A DNA stretch of 64,000 bases, from the NCBI GenBank assembly GCA_964512925.1, contig CAZEKH010000002.1, positions 57,831 to 121,830 of the forward strand. Reading direction: 5' to 3'. The DNA is from an uncultured Candidatus Saccharibacteria bacterium (GTDB lineage Bacteria; Patescibacteriota; Doudnabacteria; UBA920). Position 1 is the stretch's first letter; the number at the start of each line of letters is the position of its first letter. Below, piece by piece: positions 1-9,406 of the stretch. The notes below the pieces were generated by a model, which worked only from the letters and a program-made list of their open reading frames with translations, was not told the DNA's origin and did not search any database. A program made the translations under genes and the position numbers.

Positions 1-326
1 CCCAAAGCCCCGGCCCTGGCTAATGCTACTGCCATTTCACTCTCTGTAACCGTATCCATAGGCGAGGAGATTATGGGTAAATTTAAACATATCCCCTTAC
101 CCAAATCTATTCTTAAATCTGTTTCTTTGCGGGAACGGATAGCAGATCGTTTGGGTACTAACAAAACATCGTCAAAAGTTATGCCGCTTGCCCAATTTTC
201 AGGAGATTGTTGCATTCGATTTAAACAGCTAATAAGCTGTAAATAAAATATCGCTCAAACTGATGTCTTAAAATATCTTATCACTTTCAGATCAAAACAC
301 CAACATAACAACTTTCAAACCAAATC

Positions 327-941
327 TTATTTTCCTTTCAGTATTTTAGTAAGTAGCTCTCTATATTTATCTGCCATTTTTTCATAACCTTTGGCATTGG
401 GGTGGATGGCGTCATACATCAAATCTTTTTTTCCCAAAATCCCGCCCAAAACATCGTCCACATAGTTTACTTCTAGCTCAGAAGCCAACTTTCTATAAGC
501 GCTGTTATAGTTTCCCAAAACACCTCCGCTGATTCCGCTTAGTACAACTGTTGAGCCGGTATTTTTTATCTCCAGTATCATCTCCCGCAAATTCCCCAAG
601 GTTTCTTCTTTAGGGTAGCGCCTTAGTATGTCGTTGCCGCCTAAAACTATGATCACGATTTTTGGCTCTTTTTCCAACACATCTTTTTTAAGCCTGAGCT
701 TGGCTGTACTGGTAGTGTCCCCGCTTAGTCCGGCATTAAGCACTTTTACTCCCAGCTTTTTTTCCAACTGCGCCACGAAATTGTCTTTCTCAGTGGCGCC
801 CACCCCATAGACCAAACTGTCGCCAAAAGCAATAATATTTGTCCCAGAGGTAGGAAAATATATTTTTTCACCGCTTGAAAAAAACCATAGAGCGGTAAAA
901 AATAAAAGCAATATAGCTATAACCACATAAACAATACGCAT
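327..941 (-). CDS. SGNH/GDSL-family hydrolase (lipase/acylhydrolase-like) with N-terminal membrane anchor
   Basis: Motifs FGDSLVYG (GDSL block), GGNDIL and DAIHPN (DxxH) in the order typical of SGNH hydrolases. N-terminal hydrophobic helix. Confidence 0.8.
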   Translation of the reverse strand: MRIVYVVIAILLLFFTALWFFSSGEKIYFPTSGTNIIAFGDSLVYGVGATEKDNFVAQLEKKLGVKVLNAGLSGDTTSTAKLRLKKDVLEKEPKIVIIVLGGNDILRRYPKEETLGNLREMILEIKNTGSTVVLSGISGGVLGNYNSAYRKLASELEVNYVDDVLGGILGKKDLMYDAIHPNAKGYEKMADKYRELLTKILKGK

Positions 942-1077
942 AAAAACTGGTATTACATTAAAATGTATCTATTCTTCAAAACCTACAAAAAAAGTTTTTC
1001 TAGGGACGCTCACCTGCTCCTAAACTCATATCGTCTCTTTGTTCTACTGGACCATAGAATGGAACCTTTGCATCAGA

Positions 1078-1281
1078 CTATTTAATGTGGATATAAATCC
1101 TTTGGGTGGCGCCTTCTTTTTTTGCATCATCCAAATGATAAATATCTACTTTTCTTCCATCCAGAACAGCGTCACGAATTCTAGGTTCAAATTGTACAGC
1201 AGGTGGTTCATTCATAACCATAATATCGGTAAAGGGTCGAAGCTGATCTGTTAAACCTTTTTTTCTATTGCCTCTTTCCAA
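1078..1281 (-). CDS. hypothetical small protein (67 aa)
   Basis: Intact ORF with plausible composition. No recognisable motif. Confidence 0.35.
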   Translation of the reverse strand: MERGNRKKGLTDQLRPFTDIMVMNEPPAVQFEPRIRDAVLDGRKVDIYHLDDAKKEGATQRIYIHIK

Positions 1282-1566
1282 AATTCATAACCCTTCCATA
1301 TTTCGTTGTTTATTATTTCGTTCATATTTTTATGAATTAATTGATGATTTATTTAATCCAACATCATTATATCACTAAATATTGCTATCGTACTGCCTGC
1401 TAATATAAAAATCTCAATGAATACTGGTTGATTGGAATATATTGATAACCCCTCCTTCCCCGCCACAACAGATATAAATAGATGGTCGGGAAATTATATC
1501 TCTCAAATAATAAAAAAGAGCGGCCGTCGGTTGCCCGGCTGGTCGCCCTTGAACTTAGTCAGCCCA

Positions 1567-1884
1567 TCACTGCTTCTTGGGCGGATTGTTTGGGTCTTCA
1601 CCCAAGCTGATTTTCATACTCTTCATGAACCTCTGATCTTCCGATGTAAAATTCGGCTTGCCGCCTCCGGTGGTTGCCGACGGTCGTGGGCTTTCAGGCT
1701 TTCCCGTGGAAGCGTCATCCTGTTTCTGAAAGCCAATTGTACACTCGAGGATCAGAAAAACTTCGTAGCCTGCTTTCTGAATTGCCTCGATAGCTTCCGC
1801 AATGCGTTCGCTCCCGGACAGCGCATCATTGATCGCCTGGCCAAGTTCCTGCATCAGTCTTTGCAGCTTTTCATCCATTGCCAT
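1567..1884 (-). CDS. hypothetical acidic helical protein (about 105 aa)
   Basis: ORF trimmed to the ATG preceded by AAGGAGG (MAMDEKLQRL...). The plus-strand ORF 1432..1950 has antisense-like composition. Confidence 0.45.
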   Translation of the reverse strand: MAMDEKLQRLMQELGQAINDALSGSERIAEAIEAIQKAGYEVFLILECTIGFQKQDDASTGKPESPRPSATTGGGKPNFTSEDQRFMKSMKISLGEDPNNPPKKQ

Positions 1885-2499
1885 TGTTATTGCCTCCTTG
1901 CGGCTGATAAAACATTTAACATTACCATAAAAACGGACTATGGTCAATAGCCTGCTGACTTAATACTTACAACTACCAAATACCAAAAAAGCGCTACCAT
2001 AAAAGGTAGAGCTTTTTCTTTGGCTCCGACTCTGGGACGGTTTTCGAACTGCTAAATGGGCTAAATTACTGGAATTCCCAGAATTAACTAGCGCTGCTAT
2101 ACAAAATTTACTGTTTATAAATTAACGTGCGGAATTTCGTCTGTTTCTTTCCTGTGCATCTGCAACACGTCTAGCGTCTTCAGTTTTTTCAGTACTATGT
2201 TCAATACGGGTTTTAGTATCAACATTTGGCAACAATGGGGCAACAATGGGGACATGACCCATTATTCATTATTACTTACTTTGTACAAAATAAATGGCTC
2301 CTGACCCTTTTTGGTTTTTCCGAACAAGTGGAATAGCTACCGCAATTTGAACTGGCAGGAGCAGTATCCGGCGTTTGATACAATAAAGGCCGATTTAGAG
2401 GAGATTTTGGCTGTTAAATAAATTCTGGACAAGTGGGAGGGGGAAGGATTTTTTAAGAAAATCTAATTTAGGTTAGGCGGGGTACCATGGATAATAGTT

Positions 2500-3660
2500 T
2501 TAAGCTAAATTATCGAACTTTCTTTTTTGGTGCTTTTGAACAAGACTATTAAAATACCTAATACCAAGAGAGTCAAATTCAAACCCCACATACTTTATCG
2601 GAGTTACCCTTAGGTCGTCCACCCAACTTTTCCAATGAATATCTCCCCCTAATATTATTTTTCCAAAACCTTCATTTATTTGAATATTTAAACACGCAAT
2701 AAAAAAGTATAAGGCAATATCAAAATGTCTTTGCCACGTGCCAAATATATATTCTTTCGGTTTAGGCATTAAACCATGAGCAATATGATTTCTAAGTGTA
2801 AAAAATCTATCCGCCCAAATTTCTTTCTTTGTCCCGACTTCAAACTCTTTTATCGCACCATCTCTTTCCGAACTGTAACGGTATTTTTTATCAGTTTTAT
2901 TATTTAGATTATTTTTAATAAAATTTTTTACTTTTCTTCTACCTTTCCCCGGCAGGATCCCGAGCAGAACTTCGAAAGCCGATGCTTGTAATAAAATTCT
3001 AGCATTATGGCTTATTTGCGATGAGTTATAATAACTCTCATAAAACAACTCAATAGCTGAAATTATTCTCCTAAAATATTTTGGTTTTTGTTTCCTTAAA
3101 CGTATAAGTGCATCGAACAAATCTTGATCCACTTCTCGGAATAAGGGAGTTGGCACGTATCGAGGGCGAATTGTTTTGTTCTCTTTTATATCAATTCCCC
3201 CATGACCCATAGGGACTGCAAAACCACCCCATTCAGTCATATAATCACTATCTAAAACTATTGAAAAATGTATCTTTTCAAAATTATCAGAACTTGCCAT
3301 CCAGTGACTAGAATTAACATTTCTTTTAATAGTGTTCGATCTCGACAAAAAACTAATAAATAGAATTAGCCTGGCATCATTAGCTTTAACTTGGTCGGTT
3401 TTGTTAAATTCCCTAAAGTCATTCTTACCGACTTGAATTAGTCCTACCCCTCTAACGCGATAACCCTCATGTGTTTTATAATTAGCAAGCACAAGGTCAA
3501 TTTTGGCTTTTAACTGTTCGTCGGTAATGTATTTTTGATTACTAGTGTCAAAATTCCATATTTTTGCAAAACCAAAGTCTATCTCACGAACGTCACTTAA
3601 AGTTAAATAAGGTAGGCAAATAAAAAAGAATCTTTTATTCTGTGGCTGTGGTATAGTCAT
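2500..3660 (-). CDS. hypothetical protein with C-terminal R-x4-H (RNHIAHG) motif; possible HEPN/Abi-like protein
   Basis: 386-aa ORF in a very AT-rich stretch. LRNHIAHG fits the R-x4-6-H HEPN signature. Assignment is speculative. Confidence 0.45.
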   Translation of the reverse strand: MTIPQPQNKRFFFICLPYLTLSDVREIDFGFAKIWNFDTSNQKYITDEQLKAKIDLVLANYKTHEGYRVRGVGLIQVGKNDFREFNKTDQVKANDARLILFISFLSRSNTIKRNVNSSHWMASSDNFEKIHFSIVLDSDYMTEWGGFAVPMGHGGIDIKENKTIRPRYVPTPLFREVDQDLFDALIRLRKQKPKYFRRIISAIELFYESYYNSSQISHNARILLQASAFEVLLGILPGKGRRKVKNFIKNNLNNKTDKKYRYSSERDGAIKEFEVGTKKEIWADRFFTLRNHIAHGLMPKPKEYIFGTWQRHFDIALYFFIACLNIQINEGFGKIILGGDIHWKSWVDDLRVTPIKYVGFEFDSLGIRYFNSLVQKHQKRKFDNLA

Positions 3661-3760
3661 TTTTCTATTCTGATAGGTTTGATTAACTGGGAAAAATTAT
3701 TATTTGGAAAATTTATGGCTTTTTTTGGAAACTTAAAATGTTTAAGTTTTTGCATATTTT

Positions 3761-4222
3761 TTATTCATTTAAACGTTTCCAAATAACTTTGCTACCTTTC
3801 CCCTCTATATTACCAGTTTCAGAATCGTACTCATTAACAGACCACGAAAATATTTGCCATCCGTAACCATCGTACAAATATAACTCATCTCGACTAATTA
3901 TTTTATTCTCGCCATTACTGAATAACATCTTATTATTGGCAATATAAGGAAAATCCGGATTACCTGTTTTATTAAACTCAGTATCATCCCCCGAATAATG
4001 AAAACCTTGCTGATCAGTAATCATGTCAACAAAAGATTGTTTGCTTTCAGGAGGCAACTTTTTATAAAAGTTAGTATTATCAAAACTTTTGATTGCAGTT
4101 TGGTATGGATCTTCACCCGATTCCCTATTTGCATTCCAAAAAACTAAAGTCAAAATTATTGCGACCAGTACGACAATTAAAATTTTAAACCAATTTTCTT
4201 TTAAAAATCTCATACAGTGCAA
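3761..4222 (-). CDS. hypothetical N-terminally membrane-anchored protein
   Basis: 153-aa ORF with a single N-terminal TM helix (ILIVVLVAIILTLVFW). First of three tandem similar-architecture genes. Confidence 0.5.
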   Translation of the reverse strand: MHCMRFLKENWFKILIVVLVAIILTLVFWNANRESGEDPYQTAIKSFDNTNFYKKLPPESKQSFVDMITDQQGFHYSGDDTEFNKTGNPDFPYIANNKMLFSNGENKIISRDELYLYDGYGWQIFSWSVNEYDSETGNIEGKGSKVIWKRLNE

Positions 4223-4227
4223 ATATT

Positions 4228-4707
4228 TTATTCTGGATTAGAAATCTCAAACAGTTCATGTTTTCTAGCCAAATAATCCTTTTGTTGTTGTAAATTGTAA
4301 TTAACCAACTCCATATCCATCTCGTTTGTTATGTTTGATGTATACGATGCTTCAAAAACATTTGTTTTTAAATTTTTTATAAATCTATATTCTTGAGAGC
4401 CATTACCAGAAAAAAATGTAATTGTGCCTGTTTCCACAAAGCACGTAGATTCTTTTTCATTATAGTGGAATCTAGCTGGAATTATTGTTTTATTGAGTAA
4501 GCTAGATTTTTCATCACGCTCATATTTCTCAAAAAATTCATTGCCAATTTTTCGGCATGCATCTTCATTTTCTAAAAGCTCGTCCTTAACTAGTTTGAGC
4601 TGTTTTTGTTTTGGGACAATAACTAAATAATTATAAAATGAGTAAGTTATTATTAACCCACATATTAGTAAAAAAATCTTTGTCCAGTTTCCTTTTACCC
4701 AATTCAT
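4228..4707 (-). CDS. hypothetical N-terminally membrane-anchored protein
   Basis: 159 aa with N-terminal TM helix. Tandem with neighbours at 5-bp spacing. Confidence 0.5.
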   Translation of the reverse strand: MNWVKGNWTKIFLLICGLIITYSFYNYLVIVPKQKQLKLVKDELLENEDACRKIGNEFFEKYERDEKSSLLNKTIIPARFHYNEKESTCFVETGTITFFSGNGSQEYRFIKNLKTNVFEASYTSNITNEMDMELVNYNLQQQKDYLARKHELFEISNPE

Positions 4708-4712
4708 AATAA

Positions 4713-5207
4713 TTATTTTGCGGGTTTAATTTTTCCAATATAAATATAATAAAAAATCCATTTAGGTACTTGTAAGAAAAACCATGCTAGCGCTAAAGAA
4801 AAGGGTGCGTATAGCAAAAGCCATAAAAGGGATGCTGGTTTCTGATGATTTTTGTCATATAAATCAAGGTCTAATTTTGAAGATTCGCTTTCACCGTAAA
4901 TCTCTTTAAAAACATAGGGTGAGTAGCTAGTCATTCGTTTTATAACCTTATCTGAAATTTCTTTAGTATTGAACCCCGCTTCTTTAAGATCCTTTATTTC
5001 TTTAATTTGTTTGTTGGTAGTATCCTGTTCTTTCAAATACTCTTGCCTATCCTCATTAAGCTTAATCCCAACACTAATACTTGATAGAACGGCTAACCCG
5101 AAACAAAAAATGGCAAAACATACATATAAAACTTTTAAAGTTCTATACCATGCTTTGCTATTTAAATAGCTGAGTGATTTGATTTCCATGACTGTATTAG
5201 TACACAT
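4713..5207 (-). CDS. hypothetical membrane protein (two TM segments)
   Basis: 164 aa with hydrophobic helices near the N- and C-termini. Confidence 0.5.
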   Translation of the reverse strand: MCTNTVMEIKSLSYLNSKAWYRTLKVLYVCFAIFCFGLAVLSSISVGIKLNEDRQEYLKEQDTTNKQIKEIKDLKEAGFNTKEISDKVIKRMTSYSPYVFKEIYGESESSKLDLDLYDKNHQKPASLLWLLLYAPFSLALAWFFLQVPKWIFYYIYIGKIKPAK

Positions 5208-5612
5208 TTAGTCTATACCTAAGCCATAAATTTGTAAATATGACTAAAACAGTCTTTTTTAGAGGTACTTAAAAACCTTTACCTCTTAAGCAACTTTCAT
5301 ATTCTAGTTTAGGGGTTTGAGCCCACCAATTTTTTTCTGGTTGTGCTAATTGTGGTATTTCTGGACAAGAAGCACGGCACCAAAAATCCTCGCATTTTAG
5401 ACGACATGCATTTGCTGTATCAAATTGTTCTTGTAGGAAACAAAGGGGTCAGGAGCTTTTTTATAAGAGTTTTTTGTTGGCTCCCTCCTTCGTCCCGATG
5501 ATCATCGGGACTACGGCGGACAGGCTGGGATTCCGTTTTGCACCCGAACCCCCGACCAACCAAGGGATGGTGCCGGGAGTTTTCCTATCGGAAAAAACGA
5601 GGGTATAGCCTA

Positions 5613-5882
5613 TTATTTCTTCCAAGGATTTTGTTTAAAGTAGTCTTCCAAAACTTTTTCTAACTCTTTCTTACCATTTCCGCCTTTGAGGTACAATTCT
5701 CTGCGTTTGGCATCCGACTCTAGTAGAAAAGCTTCGTAGTGGATGAGAGTTAAAGGACGGCGGTGTTTGGTAGCGGTTACAAAACCTGATTCGTGAGATT
5801 TTATTCTACTTTTCAAGTCAGGAGTGTAACCAGTATATAGAAGTCCATCTTTCTGACTATGTAATACATATATATAAAACAT
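5613..5882 (-). CDS. GIY-YIG nuclease superfamily protein (full length, 89 aa)
   Basis: YIYVL...DGLLYTGYT.DL..R...H...G matches the GIY-YIG motif arrangement of small UPF0213-like nucleases. Confidence 0.75.
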   Translation of the reverse strand: MFYIYVLHSQKDGLLYTGYTPDLKSRIKSHESGFVTATKHRRPLTLIHYEAFLLESDAKRRELYLKGGNGKKELEKVLEDYFKQNPWKK

Positions 5883-5991
5883 ATTAATATTTTACCATAA
5901 AGAAAAACCATCCTGAGATGGTTTTTCTAACTTACTATGCTAAACGTATCTATGGCTCACCCGCTGAGCGGGTGTATAGCCACGCTTAGCG

Positions 5992-6066
5992 TGGCTCGGG
6001 AGCTGGGATTCGAACCCAGGACCCATCGGTTAACAGCCGATTGCTCTACCGCTGAGCTACTCCCGA
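5992..6066 (-). tRNA. tRNA-Asn (anticodon GTT), CCA encoded
   Basis: Hand-folded cloverleaf: acceptor TCGGGAG/CTCCCGA, D-arm GCTC..GAGC, anticodon stem ATCGG/CCGAT with loop CTGTTAA, T-arm CTGGG-TTCGAAT-CCCAG, discriminator G plus CCA. Confidence 0.85.
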
Positions 6067-6302
6067 ATGATATTTTTCATTTGTCTTCTACCAGATGCAC
6101 TTTTGAAAAATTTTTCTCTTAGACGTGCATCTTGCAAATTATTATATTCTTCAAAATATATTAACTTCCAAGGTGCATACCTTTTTGTATAAAAATGTTT
6201 TTTTGAATTGTGCTCACTGAGTCTAATTTCTAAAGTTCTATCTGTACTACCAACATAAGTTTTTTTATAGTTCAAGCTTTTTAAAATATAGAGGTAAGGC
6301 AT
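6057..6302 (-). CDS. GIY-YIG nuclease superfamily protein (81 aa); last codons plus stop lie in tRNA-Asn 5' acceptor stem
   Basis: YLYILKS...KTYVGST.D...R..EH motif. C-terminus ...NIIRE is encoded by ATTCGGGAG, and the TAG stop is tRNA positions 8-10. Confidence 0.7.
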   Translation of the reverse strand: MPYLYILKSLNYKKTYVGSTDRTLEIRLSEHNSKKHFYTKRYAPWKLIYFEEYNNLQDARLREKFFKSASGRRQMKNIIRE

Positions 6303-6380
6303 AAATTTTTTGCTCTACCCGCCTCGACTCCCGAAGCTCGTCTTCGGCGAGGCGGGCCGCTGAGCTACCAGCCTCGACGT
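6303..6380 (-). repeat. tRNA-Asn D-arm-like fragment (GGTAGCTCAGCGG...TAGAGCA) interrupted by a perfect 9-bp-stem palindrome (CCCGCCTCG...CGAGGCGGG)
   Basis: Minus-strand sequence reproduces the tRNA D-arm flanking a 39-nt hairpin insertion. It sits between two GIY-YIG ORFs. Confidence 0.45.
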
Positions 6381-6575
6381 CTAGGCGGGCTCCCGAATAT
6401 TTTCGTCAAGCCATTTACGACCCTGACCAGACTTTAAAAACTTTTCTCTTTTTAAAGCCTCGCTTTTAGTAGTAAATGATTCGTTATAAATTAAAATCCA
6501 AGGTCTATTTTTAGGAGTAATAATACTGACCTGCCTCCAACCAGCTTGCGGATGGCAGAACTCCCGAATATCCAA
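6381..6575 (-). pseudogene. truncated GIY-YIG nuclease gene (C-terminal half only, fused to a leftover ...IRE end of another copy)
   Basis: RPWILIYNESF...ALKREKFLKSGQGRKWLDENIRE aligns with the C-terminal half of the 6057..6302 protein. The N-terminal GIY-YIG block is absent, and MDIRE at the start repeats the IRE/ATTCGGGAG terminus. Confidence 0.5.
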
Positions 6576-6699
6576 ATGTTAAACTAACTTTAGATAGTTT
6601 AACACCTATTACTTTTTTTTTCAATAGTTATAAAGGTCTGATATAATATACCGGACGATGAAATAATTACAATACTTTTTTGAACTTTAAAATATTATT

Positions 6700-7188
6700 A
6701 TGCAAATAAATTTTATAAATCCGGAAATATCCGTCATTATAACAGGGATGTTGCCGATTTTTGAAGTGCGGGGAGCTTTGCCTTTGGCATTGTTTTACTA
6801 CCACTTTTCCCCTCTCAAATCCTACCTATTGTCGGTTTTTGGCAACCTCCTGCCCATCCTTCCCCTGCTTTTTGGCCTAAAAATCTTTTCTGAATATTTG
6901 GCTCATAAAGTCTACTTTTTAAACAGGCTCTTAAACTGGCTTTATGAAAAAACCAGGCAAAGGCACGGAGACCATTTTGAATCCTATTCCTGGGCGCCTT
7001 TTGCCCTGTTTGTTTTTGTTGCCATCCCCATACCCTTAACTGGAGCTTGGAGCGGTATTTTGGCTGCCATCACTTTTGGTATTCCTTTTTGGCGGTCTTT
7101 TATTGCTATTTCTGCCGGAGTTTTGGTGTCAGGTGCAGCAGTTCTTGCGATTTCCTTGTTAGGCTTAAATTTTAAAGAAATATTTTAA
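6700..7188 (+). CDS. small polytopic membrane protein (possibly putative small multidrug export family)
   Basis: 162 aa with about 4 TM helices. An IPIPLTGAWSG-like motif is recalled from the Sm_multidrug_ex family. Family assignment is tentative. Confidence 0.5.
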   Translation: MQINFINPEISVIITGMLPIFEVRGALPLALFYYHFSPLKSYLLSVFGNLLPILPLLFGLKIFSEYLAHKVYFLNRLLNWLYEKTRQRHGDHFESYSWAPFALFVFVAIPIPLTGAWSGILAAITFGIPFWRSFIAISAGVLVSGAAVLAISLLGLNFKEIF

Positions 7189-7213
7189 ATTTTATTAATC
7201 CCAAACACTTTTT

Positions 7214-7633
7214 ATGAACATGTTCAAACCAACAAATCAAAAAACTATTTCCGGCTATTTAAACGCCCTGGTCCCAGAGCGAAAAAAATCTGTGGTTTTT
7301 CTGCATAACTTCATACAAAAAACCGTACCCAAACTAAAACCGCATTTTGCCTACAACATGCTGGGCTACGGAACTTTTCCTTACACCAACTACAAAAAAC
7401 AGATCGTAAATTGGCCAGTGGTTGCTTTGGCTAGTCAAAAAAATCACATTAGCATCTATGTCTGCGCGCTGGATGCCGGTAAATATCTGGCAGAAAAATA
7501 CAAAAAAGATTTGGGAAAAGTCAGTGTCGGCAAAAGCTGTATTCGTTTTAGAAAACTGGAGAATTTAAATCTTGATATGTTAAAAAAAATATTAAAGCTG
7601 GCAGCTAAAAATCCGGGCTTGGTTTTAAAATAA
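7214..7633 (+). CDS. DUF1801/YdhG-like domain protein
   Basis: 139-aa soluble protein whose pattern resembles the YdhG/DUF1801 family. Weak assignment. Confidence 0.45.
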   Translation: MNMFKPTNQKTISGYLNALVPERKKSVVFLHNFIQKTVPKLKPHFAYNMLGYGTFPYTNYKKQIVNWPVVALASQKNHISIYVCALDAGKYLAEKYKKDLGKVSVGKSCIRFRKLENLNLDMLKKILKLAAKNPGLVLK

Positions 7634-7689
7634 ACATTTTAGAGTGTTTCAAAAACAGGATAAATTTCAATTTATTCATATACAAAAAT

Positions 7690-7720
7690 ACCCAGCCCGT
7701 TTAAAAGGGCTGGGTATTTT
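7690..7720. terminator. rho-independent terminator hairpin between convergent genes
   Basis: ACCCAGCCC-GTTTAAAA-GGGCTGGGT followed by ATTTT. Lies between the 7214..7633 (+) and 7729..8487 (-) genes. Confidence 0.6.
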
Positions 7721-7728
7721 ATAAAAAT

Positions 7729-8487
7729 TTATTTTAACTCAACGTTGGAACTGATCTTAACTGTAAACAAATCATCAATAAACCCGTCAGCAACTTTGCT
7801 GGAGGCGTAAGTGATCCCCCACAATGTCCTATCCAGCTTGGTTTCTGCGGTAAAAACAGCTGTCTGTCCGCTTTGTACGACAGTGCCGGAAAACACGACT
7901 GGTTTGGTTAAGCCTTTTAAAGTCAGATTGCCGGAAAATTCGTAAGTTTGCTTGCCTGAAGATTCAGAAACTAACTTTGCGGAAGAAATATTCAACTCGC
8001 CAGTAGGATATTTTTCCACATCAAAAAAATCCGGGCTTTTGAGATGGCCGGAAAGCTTATCCTGCCCGTCGCCTTTGCCGGTTGTCAAAGTTTCTATGCT
8101 TGCCATATTTAAAACAGCATTAGCTGAGACAATTTTTCCATCCTTATAAAGCACATTGCCGGAAGAAATATCTATTTTACCCGCATCTTCATAGCCTGCC
8201 ACCAAAGTTTTTCTGCCTATCCAGGCCAATTTGGTATTTTGGGAGGTTAAAGCGACACTGCCAGAAAAAGCAGTCGCTTGAGCCGGCACAGAAGGAGTCA
8301 CAGAAACTGCCGGGGTCGGAGTGGCCGCAGCGTTTGTCGGCTGCTCCGTATTTTTACCATTTAAATCCTGTAAATAGCTATCTACGGCGTCTGAAGTTTG
8401 CTTATTGTAATATCCGGAATAGGCATAGACACCGCCCAGACCCAAAACTAATATTCCTAACACTATACCAATGGCTTTTTTGCTCAT
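7729..8487 (-). CDS. YceI-like domain protein (polyisoprenoid-binding family), N-terminally anchored
   Basis: N-terminal TM or signal helix and a Thr/Pro-rich linker. C-terminal region has a YceI-like pattern (NLTLKGLTKPVVF...). Confidence 0.65.
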   Translation of the reverse strand: MSKKAIGIVLGILVLGLGGVYAYSGYYNKQTSDAVDSYLQDLNGKNTEQPTNAAATPTPAVSVTPSVPAQATAFSGSVALTSQNTKLAWIGRKTLVAGYEDAGKIDISSGNVLYKDGKIVSANAVLNMASIETLTTGKGDGQDKLSGHLKSPDFFDVEKYPTGELNISSAKLVSESSGKQTYEFSGNLTLKGLTKPVVFSGTVVQSGQTAVFTAETKLDRTLWGITYASSKVADGFIDDLFTVKISSNVELK

Positions 8488-8596
8488 TTTTTTCCTTTCT
8501 TTTTTAATTTTTCCTTAATTCTCATAGCAAAAATATGCTATGATATGGATATGCTTAAATACTTAAATATATTCTAAGCCTTATATAGGCTACCAT

Positions 8597-9406
8597 ATGT
8601 TTAATACAAAAACAACCATAAAATATTTCCTGTTTGCCAGCGTCCTTTTTTTCTTATTGCCTGTTTTTAAGGCGCAAGGATTAGAACCCAAAACGCTTAA
8701 TTTAAACGGCACTGTTACCCAAATTTCCGGGTTACAAGTATATTTCAAATCCCCTTCATCTGCCAAATATACAGCAGAAATTTCCACAGCCAAGCTGTTT
8801 AGAAAAAACGGCACTGAAATTTCTGTTTCAGAGATTCTTCCCGGGGATAAAATTGAAGTAAAAGGCAAAGTTTGGCCGGACAACAGCATAAATGCGGAAT
8901 ATGTAAAAAATCTTTCGCTATACCCTCACCGCTCAACTTTTATCGGAAAAATCACAGGTATCAATTTTCAAAAATCAGAATTCACTCTGGAATCCGGCAG
9001 TGTAAGCCGCCTGGTTAAAACTTCCCAGCTCACAGCTTATAAAAACAGCGGCTCTATATCCGGCTTTAGCAATCTGGAAATCGGGATGTCAGCGACTGTC
9101 AAAGCCGCCTGGGAAAGAAAGGACTCGGTTTTAACCGCTGAAAGCGTGGAGGCTAAACAAAAACTGATTAATATCACTATAACTGGGACGCTGGTTATGA
9201 CCAGCCCTGAAGCTTTCACCATAGTCGGAGATAACAATGTTATCTACGGAATCAGTCTCAACAATGCTGTCCTAGTGTCCAAAAGCGGAAAAAAACTTTC
9301 TCTCTCGGCTTTTCAAAACGGTCAGCAGGTAAAAGTCGAAGGCAAGCACACATCCGGTTTGGTAAAAATTTTTGCAACCAAAATCCGTAATCTTAACTTT
9401 AAATAA
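8597..9406 (+). CDS. secreted repeat protein (DUF5666-like OB repeats)
   Basis: Signal peptide (FLFASVLFFLLPVFKAQG) and three repeats of a G.V..I.....F.L.SG pattern ending in V.V.GK. Confidence 0.5.
   Translation: MFNTKTTIKYFLFASVLFFLLPVFKAQGLEPKTLNLNGTVTQISGLQVYFKSPSSAKYTAEISTAKLFRKNGTEISVSEILPGDKIEVKGKVWPDNSINAEYVKNLSLYPHRSTFIGKITGINFQKSEFTLESGSVSRLVKTSQLTAYKNSGSISGFSNLEIGMSATVKAAWERKDSVLTAESVEAKQKLINITITGTLVMTSPEAFTIVGDNNVIYGISLNNAVLVSKSGKKLSLSAFQNGQQVKVEGKHTSGLVKIFATKIRNLNFK

Noticed and set aside
1432-1950. 172-aa plus-strand ORF overlapping the 1567..1884 gene
   Set aside because: Cys/Trp/Arg-rich composition typical of antisense. The minus frame has an AAGGAGG RBS.
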